Position numbers and translations under genes: made by a program. 64,000 nt of DNA from Dudresnaya verticillata (taxonomy: Eukaryota): the NCBI GenBank assembly GCA_977862235.1, contig OZ374559.1, forward strand, positions 310,001-374,000. The letters run 5' to 3'. Positions 12,624 to 24,316 of the stretch are shown piece by piece. The notes below the pieces were generated by a model. It did no database searches and was not told the origin of the DNA. It saw nothing but the letters and a program-made list of their open reading frames with translations. Each line of letters begins with the position of its first letter. Positions within the stretch are counted from its first letter, which is position 1.

Positions 12624-15600
12624 ATGTCACCATTGGCGGAATGGCGCTCCCCGCATGACGAGCGCATGACATTCGTTTCCCGCCTGCTTTCCGCCGGCTG
12701 CTTTTCTAACGATGCGCAAAAAGCCCGTGTCGGCCTACTTTTCAGTCTTTTGACTCGCATAGAAGCACGAGGCCCCCACAATACCCTATGGATTCATTTT
12801 GTAAGGTCTTCTGATATGTTGCCAAGTTTAATTCTCGAGTACGCGCTGTCTGACATCGATCTACACAGGACAGTCGCAGTTGCGACATGTGAATTCTCTG
12901 AGCAATTGCGACATTCAGCAATGCAGTCCAAGAAATGTGGAGATAAAGAGCCCGTTTCCTCGTGGATGATACAATACCTGAGAGATCTCGTCCTCTACGG
13001 TGGTGAATCGACGAGCAAAGTTATCCTACCATTGTGTAAAAACCTGCATTGGGGGCTTGTGCTCATTCAGGTGGTTTCTGAGAGCTGTCCCGTGTCTGCA
13101 ACCGGTCGTTTCGCTTTGGGAAAGGGTACGTTACACTGGGCTGATAGCTTTGGTGCTTCCCCTCGGCGAGGAGAGGAAAACCAGCTGTTGTGTTTTACTC
13201 GCAAGTGCCTGCAGGCGGCATTAGAAAACGTGCGTTGGACCTGCTGTGAAGAGAATTGGATGCTTCACAAGAACGGTATGCACTTTGCAAGGCAGAGGGA
13301 CGGCTATAGCTGTGGGTTTTATGTCATTGCTTCGGTATTGCAATGTTCGTCTGCTGGCAATCGTGGCGAGTTCGAACGGGTTCCTAAACACCCATACAGA
13401 CCGCATTACTCGCCCGGGGCGAGCAATACAATTAGAGATGCGTGCATCCGTGTAATGTGCAAGCATACCCTACGGATAATGTCGGGGAAAGGCCGTGACC
13501 CCGATGCCATTCGAAAATGCTACGAGCGGAAACTGTACGGCCTTCTGAGACAAATATGGAAATACCCGAACAGAACCCAGCCGCTCTCACGGGAACCGGT
13601 TCGAGTTGATTCCGCCAGTTCTGATCGCATTAGTGCACTGGAATTGGAACCTCTGCAATCGTCGGCACAGCGGAGCCAGGAAGTTCGTGAGCTGCCTTCG
13701 TTGAGCGAAATACTCTCTCTACCTAATCTGACGCCCAGCCATCCAACAACGGGACTGCACTCTGTGGTCACACGGTCTACCGCAGAAGATGTAGCCACAG
13801 AAGAGGATGCGAAACGCCATGGGAAAGGTGGTTATACCTACCCTGCCCGTCCAAAAGGCCCTGCGAGCGGCCTGGATTGCGGCCTGGATTGCGGCGCAGC
13901 AGCCCGTCCTGCGAAACCCGGAATCCTTCCGCCCAGAAATGTCGTGCATCCCACTCCGATTGCGCTACCTAATCTTTTTGGCAGCTCTGATGACGACGAC
14001 GACGACTTCATGGAATTAATTCATCCCCGCAAGCCTACCACGGCTGCTGCTGCGACTGTGAGTTCTAGCTCGTCAAACACGTCGTCGTCTTTGAGCGGTG
14101 GTAGCAGCGTTGCGGAAATCCCGCGCTCGAAAGTACCGTCCTCTGAACATCTCGAGATGTTGATCAACATTCCGGTTGTTCCGCCACTCGGAGCTGGCGG
14201 TTCGAAAGCAGAGAGGTTCTTCCTCTGTACTACAGCCAACGCCACGGAATAAGCAGCGTCATTCGCGCATTCTGGATTCTTCTTCACGAAGAACTACGTG
14301 CGAAGGACTGGCAACGGAGAAAATCTTGACTGGAAGGTTCGTTTCCGCTGCTTGAGACAGGGAACCCCCCTCGGCCACAGGGAGCCGTGCAAAGTGTCAT
14401 TCGTTTGTCATCGCCGAGTCGACGAAAATGGTTGGGATGTGTGGGCTGCTTCAGAGGATATTCATGTATCCCACAATCACCCAGCGGAACGGAAGCATCC
14501 GAGGTACAACTTCTCGGTAAAGCTCAGGGAGTACTACAGAGATAAGCACTTCGCAAGGATTCTCCCCCGGATGGAAGGAAGCTCCCAGGCCGATCCTGTA
14601 CCCATTCGTGATGCATTGTGGCCGACCAGTATCACGTTGAGGCCAATTCGTGCTAATCGTGCAGGCGTCTCATCATCCAGTGGTGGGTGTGAAGACCGCT
14701 CAACCACGTGGACCGGCACAGGGAGTGAAATCGCAATCGAAGGCGCAGGTGCGAGTCGGAGAGGTACGACTGAAGCATTGCCTGCGATGTCGGACGGTGA
14801 GAATGAGGAAGTGATAGACCTCTACAGTAGGAGAGACAGCGATACTGAGCGGGTGGCTGCTGTATCCAGTCCTATTCGGCGAAAGAGAACTGAAGCCCAA
14901 GGAACTGCGCCAATTGAGGTTACAGTCGTAGAATCGCCGACGGCAGATCTCAAGATGACACTGCAGTCTTTCGTGGAAAATATCGACGCTCAATGCGCTG
15001 GACGCGATGTCAAGCAGGGAATCATCGTGATATGCGAGAGTTTTGGTCTCGATGCAGTAGTGCTGAGGTCTGAATACGAGAAGGATAGGGATGGGATACG
15101 GGGAGGATTAAAGCGCTCAACATTTTCATGCGTGAGAGACGGGTGCGCTTTTGGAATGAAGGTCACAAACGCATTGGTAGCGCATAGCATTGACGATGGG
15201 CACGAGAACGGTTTAACATCGAAAGTCCGAACGTACTACATTTCTTTCTCCGAGAGGGAGCACAACCACGCGCCCGAGACTCGCAAACTGCGTTCTAGAT
15301 TTCCACCGCATATATTTGAGGAGGCAGACGATATGCACAACAAGTGCTTTCTTGCTTTCGCGGACGTCGTACGCTTCCTGGAGCGCAAGTACGGTTTCGT
15401 ATGTGACAACCGCACTCTGCAACGGCAGCTGACGAGACATAAATCACTGGGCAACCCAAAAGACCTCGCCGCACAGCGTTTAGTTCACAATCTCATGAAT
15501 ATGCGCAATGAGGATGCAGGTAGCTTCTGCCAACTCGTGCAAGGGTAGGAAGATGGTGCTCTACTTTCGATTTTGTGGTGCTCGTCTGAATGGAGAGCTG

Positions 15601-17960
15601 ACTACTACAGGTTCGGGGTGCTTCTCGGTGTTTGTGTGGACTGCAAGGCGAATGGGAACGAGTATATGATGAATCGGATCACTGTTAATGGTCGTACAAA
15701 CTGTGGGAGAGTATTTACTGCCATGATGGGTTTCCTAAGCGACGAAACTATGGAGTCCTTCCAGTGGTTCTTTCGAAAGTTCAAAGAGTGTTATGATGTC
15801 TTGCCCGCCATGATCGCGATGGATCAGAGCGCCGCATGTATGTCAGCTTGTCGTTCCGTCCTGCGAAGCACGTATGTCACATTGGACGAGTGGCACCTAA
15901 ACCAGAACCAGAAGAGAAACGCCATGTCTTATCTACAACGCATTCGAAGTCCGCATTTGTACAATGAAATGGCGGCGGAATTGTTTCTCTTGAGGAAGTC
16001 TTCGACGGTTCAACGATTTGTGGAAAGACGGACAGCTTTTGACAATACTTATTTCGTACAATATGGGATGCCACCGCCGAGATGGTTTAACTACCTGTAC
16101 TACAATGCGTCAAGAGCGCTCATTGACTGCTTCAATAAGAGAGGTTGCGAGCCTCGGTTCCTTTTACAAGGCAGCGGGTACACAGAAGCTTCCAACTCTG
16201 AGTACCGCGAGGTTGTGGCCGGGAAGAAGGTCGCAATGTAAATCGTTACGGAGGTTATGGCGAGGGTGACGGCGAAGAGAAGGGCAGCCAGAATTGCTGA
16301 TAAGCTCAAGTCGCGTTCGGCTTCGTATTGCTCGAAGTTCTCTACATCGTGCGGCATGAGTGCGGAAAGGGTTCAAAGGCTTTGCAGCCGGTATACGGAG
16401 TACTCACTTGATATGTTATACAAACGCAGTGTGTTGAAGTCGACTGAGTTCACTGTTTTGGAGTGTGGAGTAGAAACCCGTGATATCACTTCTTTGACTC
16501 TGAATCCTCGAAGCCGGTCTGATTCTCCAACCGGTACGCATGAAGTAGTCGTTTTCCGCGTCGGTTGGAACAGAACTGAACAGGCAGGGTCAGCAGTAAA
16601 TACCCTGCCTGTACAGCACACGGAGGCAGATGCAGCTGCTGGGGATGAAAACACTCAGACCCAAATAGATGAGGTAACCCCGATTGAAGAGGGGTTGCCA
16701 TCGGGACCTGCAGTTCCGAATGTGTGTAGGGTGCAGGGGACGGGAGAAGGGGAGGTTCAAACAACTGGAATGAGCTTCTTCTCATCTCTCATCAATATCA
16801 GTAACAGATTCGATTCTCGGCAGTCTGGAGCGGGACGAAATGGCGGCGGTCAATCAACCTCCGCGGCGGCGGCTCATGAATCAGATCCCCACGTGCAGGT
16901 GTGGCAGGAAAATCCAGCCCGTGCTTGACGATGTAGCAGAGTTGGCTGCAGCGCTGGCAACTATTGAAGAAGACCATCCACTTGTGTCATTCAACATAAC
17001 ATATGAGGTAGTGGTTGTTCATGTCGAAGATTTTGGATTGCGTTATACGTGCAGCTGCAGGTTATCCAGCAGTGCAGGGTTCCCTTGCGCTCATGTAGTG
17101 CGCGTCGCGGTTGTATATGATGAAGTGTGGGTTCTGCGTCCGACTGTGACCCGGACGATAGGACCCGTGATTCCATTAGAGAATCTCTTCCATAATTGCT
17201 GGGAGCTCGATGCAAGCAAGCGCACCCAGGAGGATATTCAACGCGAGCGAAACGAGCTATATCAGAGGTGGGCGAGGGAAAATGGCTTGGACAACGATGT
17301 TGGTGCATGCTGATTGCCGTCCAGGAGGACATCGTTACCCGGCAAGACGGAACGGCCGTTGTTTCCCGAGAGGTTGTTGGTGCGAGCGCGGATGACGCGG
17401 AAGATGAGGAAGCCAGACGCGAAAGAGAAGTTCGAGTTGAAACCAGCCGACATGTGTTATGGGCTGGAGCAACAAGTCTGACCACAGAGATTCACAGGGT
17501 TGCTTCAAACGCAGGGGAACGTCGCGTTCGTGAGTTGATGTTATATCTCCGCCAAGGTCTCACAATGCTCCGTGGGGGACATTCACCCTTTTCGTTAGAC
17601 GTATGCGGTCAGACAGTTGCTCCTTCGATGAACCCTCTACAAAATACTGTACAAGGCCGTGCCCCCGCGGCCGCAGGAACAAGTCGGCAAGCTCGGGGCT
17701 CACAAAGCAGGCCACGCCAATCTGTTGGTAGGCGATACAATCAGAACCACCGCCCTGGGTTCCAGCCCGTTATGATGAGAGAAGTTAATGTCCAGGGACC
17801 AGGAGAGCTACAAATACCTATCAGCAACCCGGCGAGGATAGCAGGCAGGAGAGGTCTTGGGCAGAAGAGAATCCGTTCCGCAGCTGAAGGATGGGGACCA
17901 AGTCGCAGGCAACGCCGCGGCTCAGGATCCTCCCAGCAGTTTAGTAACCCGGAACAGTAA
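12624..17960 (+). pseudogene. Ulp1/C48 protease + two WRKY/FAR1-type Zn fingers + MULE DDE transposase + SWIM finger fusion
   Basis: NLHWGLVLI..WADS..RQRDGYSCG (Ulp1); C..C..HNH fingers; GFLSDETMESFQWFFRKF..IAMDQSAA..LDEWHLNQN (MULE); CSC..GFPCAH (SWIM). ORFs 12624, 14298, 15573 and 16257 share one frame, separated by single stops. Confidence 0.9.
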
Positions 17961-17963
17961 ACG

Positions 17964-20861
17964 CTACTTCCTACTCTTGCTCCTCGTGTTACGGCGTTCC
18001 TGCGAAGGAGCATCTCGCGAAGTAGACCGGTCGCGCGGGCCCTCGCGATCCTGTGAATCTTCCGCGTCCGCGGCATTCTGCATTATGACATCATTACCGG
18101 AAGCTGCAAGTTCAGTCTGTTTCTCGGCAACCTTTGCAGTGGGCTTTGCCGCACGCGGTACCTCAATGGCGTCAACCTCGGCGACGTTTGCATCTTTTGA
18201 AATAGGCTTCACGCTTGAAGCATCCACGGCGGGTTCATCCGCAGCCGTGTCCTTTTCAGCAGCAGAGGACGGTGTTGGGGCTGCATCCGGCGGTCCTGAT
18301 GGCTTGTCGATTTGATTCTCGACATCCTGACCCCCTGTAGAGCTGGGTTTGCCCGCAGCAACAGCATCGCCTTTCAGCGCTTCACAGGCGCCCGCTGCAC
18401 CAGGATTGTCTGCAGGAACGCTTCTAATTACCGTGGAGGTGGGCTTGGCCGCAACCTCGGGCTGTGGGGGACGAGAGGCATCGTTGAAGCGCCTTGGCCG
18501 GTTACGTCCCAAATTCGCCGCCGTGCTCGGGGCAAGGCCGGAGCCTACTGCAGGGCCAGCTTCTGTAGGTGAGACCGAGCCCTGTACACCCCTTGTCCCA
18601 TGTGCACCTGTAACTATGGCTGGTCTCATAACGGCATCATTGAAGCGATCTGGGGCTTGGTCGTAGTTTGAATCACCGTTTTCGCCCTGGCCGCCGTTGT
18701 TTCTCCCACCGCCATTCCTCCCGCCGCTGCCACCGCCGTTGTTGCCACCTCCATAGACACTGCCGCGCGTGGCGGCGCAATTGTCGCTCCCACCGCCATT
18801 TGTTCCTCCACCGTTGTCACCGCCGTTGCCACCTCCATTGCCGCGTCCGCGGTTGTCGTTCCCTCCACGATTGTTGTACCCTCCACCGCGGTTGTCGTTG
18901 AAACCATTTCCGCGATACCCTCCGCGGTTGCCATTGTAGCCGCCCCGATTTTTGTATCCGTCTCGATTGTCGTTGTACCCGCGGTTGTCGTAGCCGTCGC
19001 GGTTGTCGCTGCACCCGCGGTTGTCGTAGCCGTCGCGGTTGTCGTTGTAACCGACGCGGTTCCTGAACCCACGGTTGTTGTTCTACCCTCCGCGGTTGCT
19101 GTAGCCACCGCGATAGTCATCATAGCTATCGCGGTTATTGTAGCCACCACGATTTTCATCATAGCCACCGCGGTTGTTGTAGCCGCCGCGGTTGATGTAG
19201 CCACCGCGGTTGAGGTAGCCACCGCGGTTGTTGTTGTTGTTGTTGTACGCGCCGTGGTTATCGTTGTGACCGCCACGATAGTCGTTGTGGCCCCCACTGT
19301 TGTCATTGTAGCCACCTCGGTTGTCGTCGTTGTAGACGCCGCGATCGTCCTTATACCCGCCGTTGTTCTGCCTGGTGAGGTCCGGGAAAGGCCCATGGCT
19401 ATACGGCCGATCGCGATCATCTCCGAAATAGCCCTGCTTGAGCGGGACGATCCTTCCATTCACAATACCTTCCATCAGAACGGCTTCCTCATGTGCAAGC
19501 GGGGCAATGCACCGCTGCGTCTCCTCTGCGTTGATGAATTGAATGATCGTGTTGCGCTGATTCTTGTAGGCGTCGACATTATGCCGACAATGAATGACTG
19601 CCGGGTCGCTAGGATCTTCAGACGCGCACTGCTGCCTGACGAAAGTGAGAATGCGACAGTGCCGATTGCAATCCGTTGAGCGAAGGCGCTGATCTTGGTC
19701 GAGGAAATCAAATCGCCACCTTCCATCCTCTGTCTTATCCATGTGCTCGAGGAAGTCCTGCCACCATGCGCCAAACTTATCAGTACAAAGACGCTCCATA
19801 GCGTGAATAATGTCTAGCCCTGGCTCCATGTCTTCCTTCCCTGGTCCCCAAACCCTCTGGCGCTTGATAATGTTGCTCACCTGCTCCCTAAACCACTTTC
19901 GCTGCCTCTCAGATGCAGACTTGAGGCAAGCCCGCTCCTTCCTGCGTTCCGTTTCGCGCTCTGCCGGAGACATATCCTGGAAGCGGGCATTTCGCTCATC
20001 CCTCGAACGTCCACTACTGAAAAGTCTTGAAACTTCTCCGCGGCCCCTCCCACGGCCGCGACTACGTGAAGCACCACGTTCGCGACCACGTCCGCGACCC
20101 CGACCTCCTCCTCGAGCAAAACATTCCTGCTTGTCGATACGCCTACTGGTCGTCGTCCGCATGTCCTGGAAAGGGAAAGCGTTGTAGTCCACGATTTGCT
20201 TGAATTCGGTAGGGCGACCGTTACCGACGAAGAGCGAAGCAGCATTGCGACACGAATTATGTACAGCAGGCGGCGGCACTGTGTTCCCATGGTCAACTGC
20301 AGCTGGAACACGCGCAGTAATCGGTATGTTTCCTAGCCCAGGATGGTTGTAGGGAAGGAAAGGTCCCGGGTTGGATGGCACGTACCCCAGAGCGGGAAGG
20401 CCGATGTTGTTACCCAAAGCCGGCGGCGGCGTCGGATTGTAGATGTGGGCGGCCGCTGCGCCTTGCTGCGAGGTTGCAGCCATCAATGCGGCAGCACGAA
20501 GCGCGTTGACTTGTTCTTCTGTTCGTGACGCCATTGTTTGGCGCATGTCGGCAGCACCGGTACGGTAGGCTTGCTGAATACTCGCTTGAAGTGATGGTTC
20601 GTGAATTGCAGAGAGGGGAGCCATAGCTGGAAGTTTCATGGCGGCGGCATGCACAGCTCCGCCGAAAGCGCTTGGCGTCGCCGGAATCATGGCGCCGATG
20701 GTGCTCGGCGCAGTCGGAACCAAGGCACCATTTGCGGAACGTGCGAGGCTCCCGGGAGCTACGATGAAATGCTGGTTGGTGTGTGCGACGCTGCTCCCGG
20801 GGTGAGCACCTTGGCTCGCCGGCGTGGGCGCAAGGACAAAGTTGGGGTGCACCGGCTGCAT
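17964..20861 (-). pseudogene. Second, convergent MULE-1 gene: ~966-codon low-complexity protein with an RGRG box and an N/D-N-R-G-G-Y repeat domain (one in-frame TAG)
   Basis: ATG at 20861 (MQPVHPNF); frame continues through TAG at 19083-19085 into ORF 17964-18629. Confidence 0.65.
18690..19367 (-). repeat. Coding minisatellite: repeated aaccgcggtggctac-type units followed by a Gly/Asn-rich tract
   Basis: Repeated gtagccaccgcggttg / ccgcggttgtcg on the + strand; translates as NNRGGY/DNRDGY repeats. Confidence 0.85.
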
Positions 20862-21237
20862 CGCGGTAATGGATGCGGGAGAGGGAAGCGCGTAAGAGAA
20901 GGAAGGACGGGTAAAGAGAGCGCAGTGTCCAGAAGCAGAGCGTGAAGCGCGCGAGCGGGGGCGCAGTCGTCGCCGTCGGTAGGTAGGCTGCTGTTCGATG
21001 GGCTCGTGGGTGGGGTGGTGGGCGCGGGTGGGCGGTGAACAGCGGCACGGGACAGCTGAAATGTTTTTTCGCACACAACACAATGGCGCGGCGATGACGC
21101 CGGTCGGATCCGGCGCGTTTTGTTCTGCGCGCGCGCGCGCGCTCCGCTCGGCGTGACCGTCACATCGCCACCCCGCGCCAGCCGCCGCACCCACTAGTGG
21201 GTGCGAAGTTCCACGCCTCAGTGCGGGTGACCATTGT

Positions 21238-21414
21238 GCATGCACCAAGTACTTGTTTTTGAGTATAGAGTAAATGTATTGGCCGAGACACCCGCCAATC
21301 AGCAGTTGAGTATGCGCGACGTGGCCCGAATTCTAGCTGAGTATACAATGCCACCATTGGCTGAGTATAAGTTGATTGACACCCGCCGCACCCCGGGTGC
21401 CACGTTACAGGGCC
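21238..21414 (-). repeat. Right TIR of MULE-1
   Basis: Reverse complement of 12173-12348. Confidence 0.85.
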
Positions 21415-21423
21415 GGAAGTTTC

Positions 21424-21636
21424 GGAATAAATCAGAACTTTCACGAAAGTTTCGGGCGGTATAGACGCTATATGTAGAGAGCCATAACTTCCGTTGTATA
21501 GGTGCAATCGCAAAACGGATTTCACCCCTCTTCTCCATTTCAGCTCCCCTTTCCAAAGAGCTGAAGAATTATCTATTCCATGGGGGGTCGTGTTAGACTG
21601 TTTGCCAAAATTTCTTCTGAAACTTACGATAGTGTT
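21424..21636 (-). repeat. Outer part of the right TIR of element A
   Basis: High-identity reverse complement of 746-~960; ends ...atagtgtt, followed by TSD tctg. Confidence 0.85.
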
Positions 21637-22301
21637 TCTGTCACATCATGTTATGTCGTCTCATGTTCGAAAATCACGACACGCGCCCGTATTCATGCTT
21701 GAAATGACATTAGTACGAACTCTCTCACTATTTCTATAGCCATCAAAATAGGAAAGGGAACAGACAGTGCAATCGAGGGTAATGCGCCTGCGAACGGCTC
21801 CCTGCGCTGTGCGCTGTGCGCAGGGAATTTAGACTTGTGAGAGCGTTTCTGCTTCACGTGGGCGCTGCATCGCAGGTGCCAAGTAATATGGAGGTGGAAC
21901 TATTGAAGTTGGAGGGGACGAAATGAAAAGGGAATGTTGCGAATGGGGGTTGTATAGGCCGACGAACGGTTTCTGATAACGCTTGTAAAAGTAAACCGAA
22001 AAACTAACATTTAATGTTTAGTCCCCCCAAGCACCTCGCGCGCCCTGGGGACGTGCCCCCCTCAGGTTCCTTCTCAGAGCCCCACACACTCTGATGGCGT
22101 GTCCATCTCCCCGGCCTATTGCCGGACGGCGGCCTTGCATCCAAACGCCTCTGCGGCATTACAGCTAGTGAGACTTTACGCGTTATGCGTTATGCTTTCG
22201 TGGGTGGCATGTGACGGCACCGCACGACGGCGACCCACCCCCTTTAGTGGTACTACCACAGAGGAGCCTTCCTCTTTCTGTATTCATGGCCCCCCTGACC
22301 C

Positions 22302-22466
22302 TGAAAAAATATTTTTAGTCTGCCGAAACACAACAGCTTGTAAATGTTTCGTCCCCTGTTGCCCGCATTTGCCTACTTAATTACGGCTAATTGAAAGCAG
22401 GGGACGAAACAAATTGGCAAACGAATTATAGCCGTTATGTTTCGGCGGCCTAAGAATATTTTTTCA
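22302..22466. repeat. Nested inverted repeat (double-stem hairpin)
   Basis: 22302-22330 pairs with 22438-22466 (3 mismatches); 22345-22358 pairs perfectly with 22398-22411. Confidence 0.8.
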
Positions 22467-22473
22467 TGGGCCG

Positions 22474-23312
22474 TGTGGTGCAAGGCCCCGGGGGAAACCC
22501 CCGTTTTATATCGCTACACCCGCTCGCGCGGTGAGAGGACGACGGTACAAGCGGAGCACCCGCGACTATAACATACGCCGATTACCGGCAGCTTGGATGG
22601 GCCTGTGCGCGGATGCCGCGCGTGCGAGATCCGGCCAATGGGGAACGCGCTCTTGGCACGGTGCGCGCGCGCCCGTACAGCACGCGCCAACAGCACACAC
22701 GGGCGACACGTCTCCACGTTTACACGCGTAACACGCGCGCCGAATATATCCGAGGGAATCCTCGGTCGGGTGCGCACCAGCAATGCGCACCCTTAGATTA
22801 CACTGATTTATAGTGCGGTAGTAGTATTTCTACGCTAGGTATTTTTGCGCGATATTTTAGTGATCTCGCGGTGCGCGCGCATGCCAACTGTCAAGCGCAC
22901 GGCGCCACACACGCGCGCGCATCTCCCGCGGGGGATACTTAGTATGCGGGGTGAACCCCCCTCACAGTAAAGCGCCAAGCAGGCCTAGGAACTCGAGGAT
23001 ACCCCCACCTTCGCACCCGGTGACGACACCGTGCGCGACTTGGGCTTACGTACCCCGTTCTACTCCCTGGCTTCAACGGCACTCACCGGCGTAATCGCCT
23101 TCATCGTTCTACGTGCACTACAGCACTCCTAAGTGGGCCGGGGGTTTACAGTCGACCCCGCCCACGTTTCAACCATCCCGGGCACACCCCGTGTCCCTAG
23201 CTCTACCACCCAACCGGCGTCGGCCTCACCGCCGTCGCCTGCTACCAACCCGTGGGAGGACCACTCGGACTCTGGTTCTGGGGTTGCGCCCTTGTTCGGG
23301 CGTTGCACCACA
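22474..23312. mobile_element. Solo LTR, 5-bp TSD GGCCG
   Basis: TGTGGTGCAA...TTGCACCACA termini; GGCCG at 22469-22473 and 23313-23317. Confidence 0.88.
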
Positions 23313-24316
23313 GGCCGAAACATTCTCTTGGCCAACTGGCATACTGTCGATTCGTTTCGGCAGCCAAGAAATTATTTATTTTCATGGGCCAATATTCTGG
23401 CCTTTTGTTTCGGCGGCCTATGGGAACCCCAAACATCGATTCTATAAATGAATTTCAGAGGCGTGAATGGCTGTAACTCGAATTCCTGGGCCATTCGGTA
23501 CTATGAATTATGTTTTACGGTATACGTTCTCAACCTTGCGTTTTCTCTACATGCATCTACTATCTATATTACAGTGCTCTACAGAATGTCGGGGAACCTA
23601 AATATATACTTCGTATATACCTTTTCAACTATGTTTGGATTCCGACTTTGTCGTGAAACGCAAGTATTATTATCTAATCTTTCTCAGATGGTTCTTAACT
23701 ATCCCCTGCAGGTTATAACTATGTTAATATTTGGGTTTGTGCCCGTACTGTACTTAATTCCTGTACCATTTACATATATAATTAACTACATAACTATTTA
23801 TATATATTCATGCCTGTGAATCGCACTTCACAGCCATTGTGTTTGTGAAACCATGTTTACAAGCAATACAGTCTGTGAAATACGATTCTACGATTAGATT
23901 GTCTCAAAACATTGTTTCGAAACCATAATTCCTGGAAATTCTATTTCACGGGTTCTACGTCTAGAAAATATGTTCCACAGACGTATTGTCTGTGCATTAT
24001 TTTTCCCAGACTCGGAAAAAATATTCATCGCTCGAGCGATGAATGCAGATCTTCACACACACATTCAGGATGTTTCATGTCTTATGAAATTGTACTTAAG
24101 CCTACGTCGATTACGTTAACGTCCTTTATCGCTTCTAGCATTATTATTTAGCAAACTACCTTATCAGTTCTACACCTCATCTAACGCAGTTGCTGTGGAT
24201 GACGTCGCTTCGAGGCTCTCATGACATTAGGGTCCATGTCCTCCTTTCTCGAGCCACGGTATCCGCTGTCTGTTCTTCTTCTCTTCACACCTCCTCAGCA
24301 TGGTACTTGGTCGGTT

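Larger units (their letters stand above)
12173..21414 (+). mobile_element. Mutator-like element (MULE-1), complete, 9-bp TSD GGAAGTTTC
   Basis: TSD at 12164-12172 and 21415-21423; ~175-bp TIRs starting GGCGGTGTACCGTGGCACCC / GGCCCTGTAACGTGGCACCC; encodes a MULE transposase. Confidence 0.92.
746..21636. mobile_element. Element A: large non-autonomous TIR DNA element (AACACTA termini, 4-bp TSD TCTG), with a MULE nested in its right TIR
   Basis: 746-~965 is the reverse complement of 21424-21636, and ~960-1450 matches ~11545-12172 inverted; TCTG at 742-745 and 21637-21640. Confidence 0.8.

Noticed and set aside
18690..19367. CRISPR-like array
   Set aside because: The units are short, degenerate, codon-phased and lack unique spacers; this is a coding low-complexity repeat
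18626..19459. Thr/Ala-rich 277-aa ORF and other overlapping ORFs here
   Set aside because: Alternative-frame shadows of the NRGGY repeat gene
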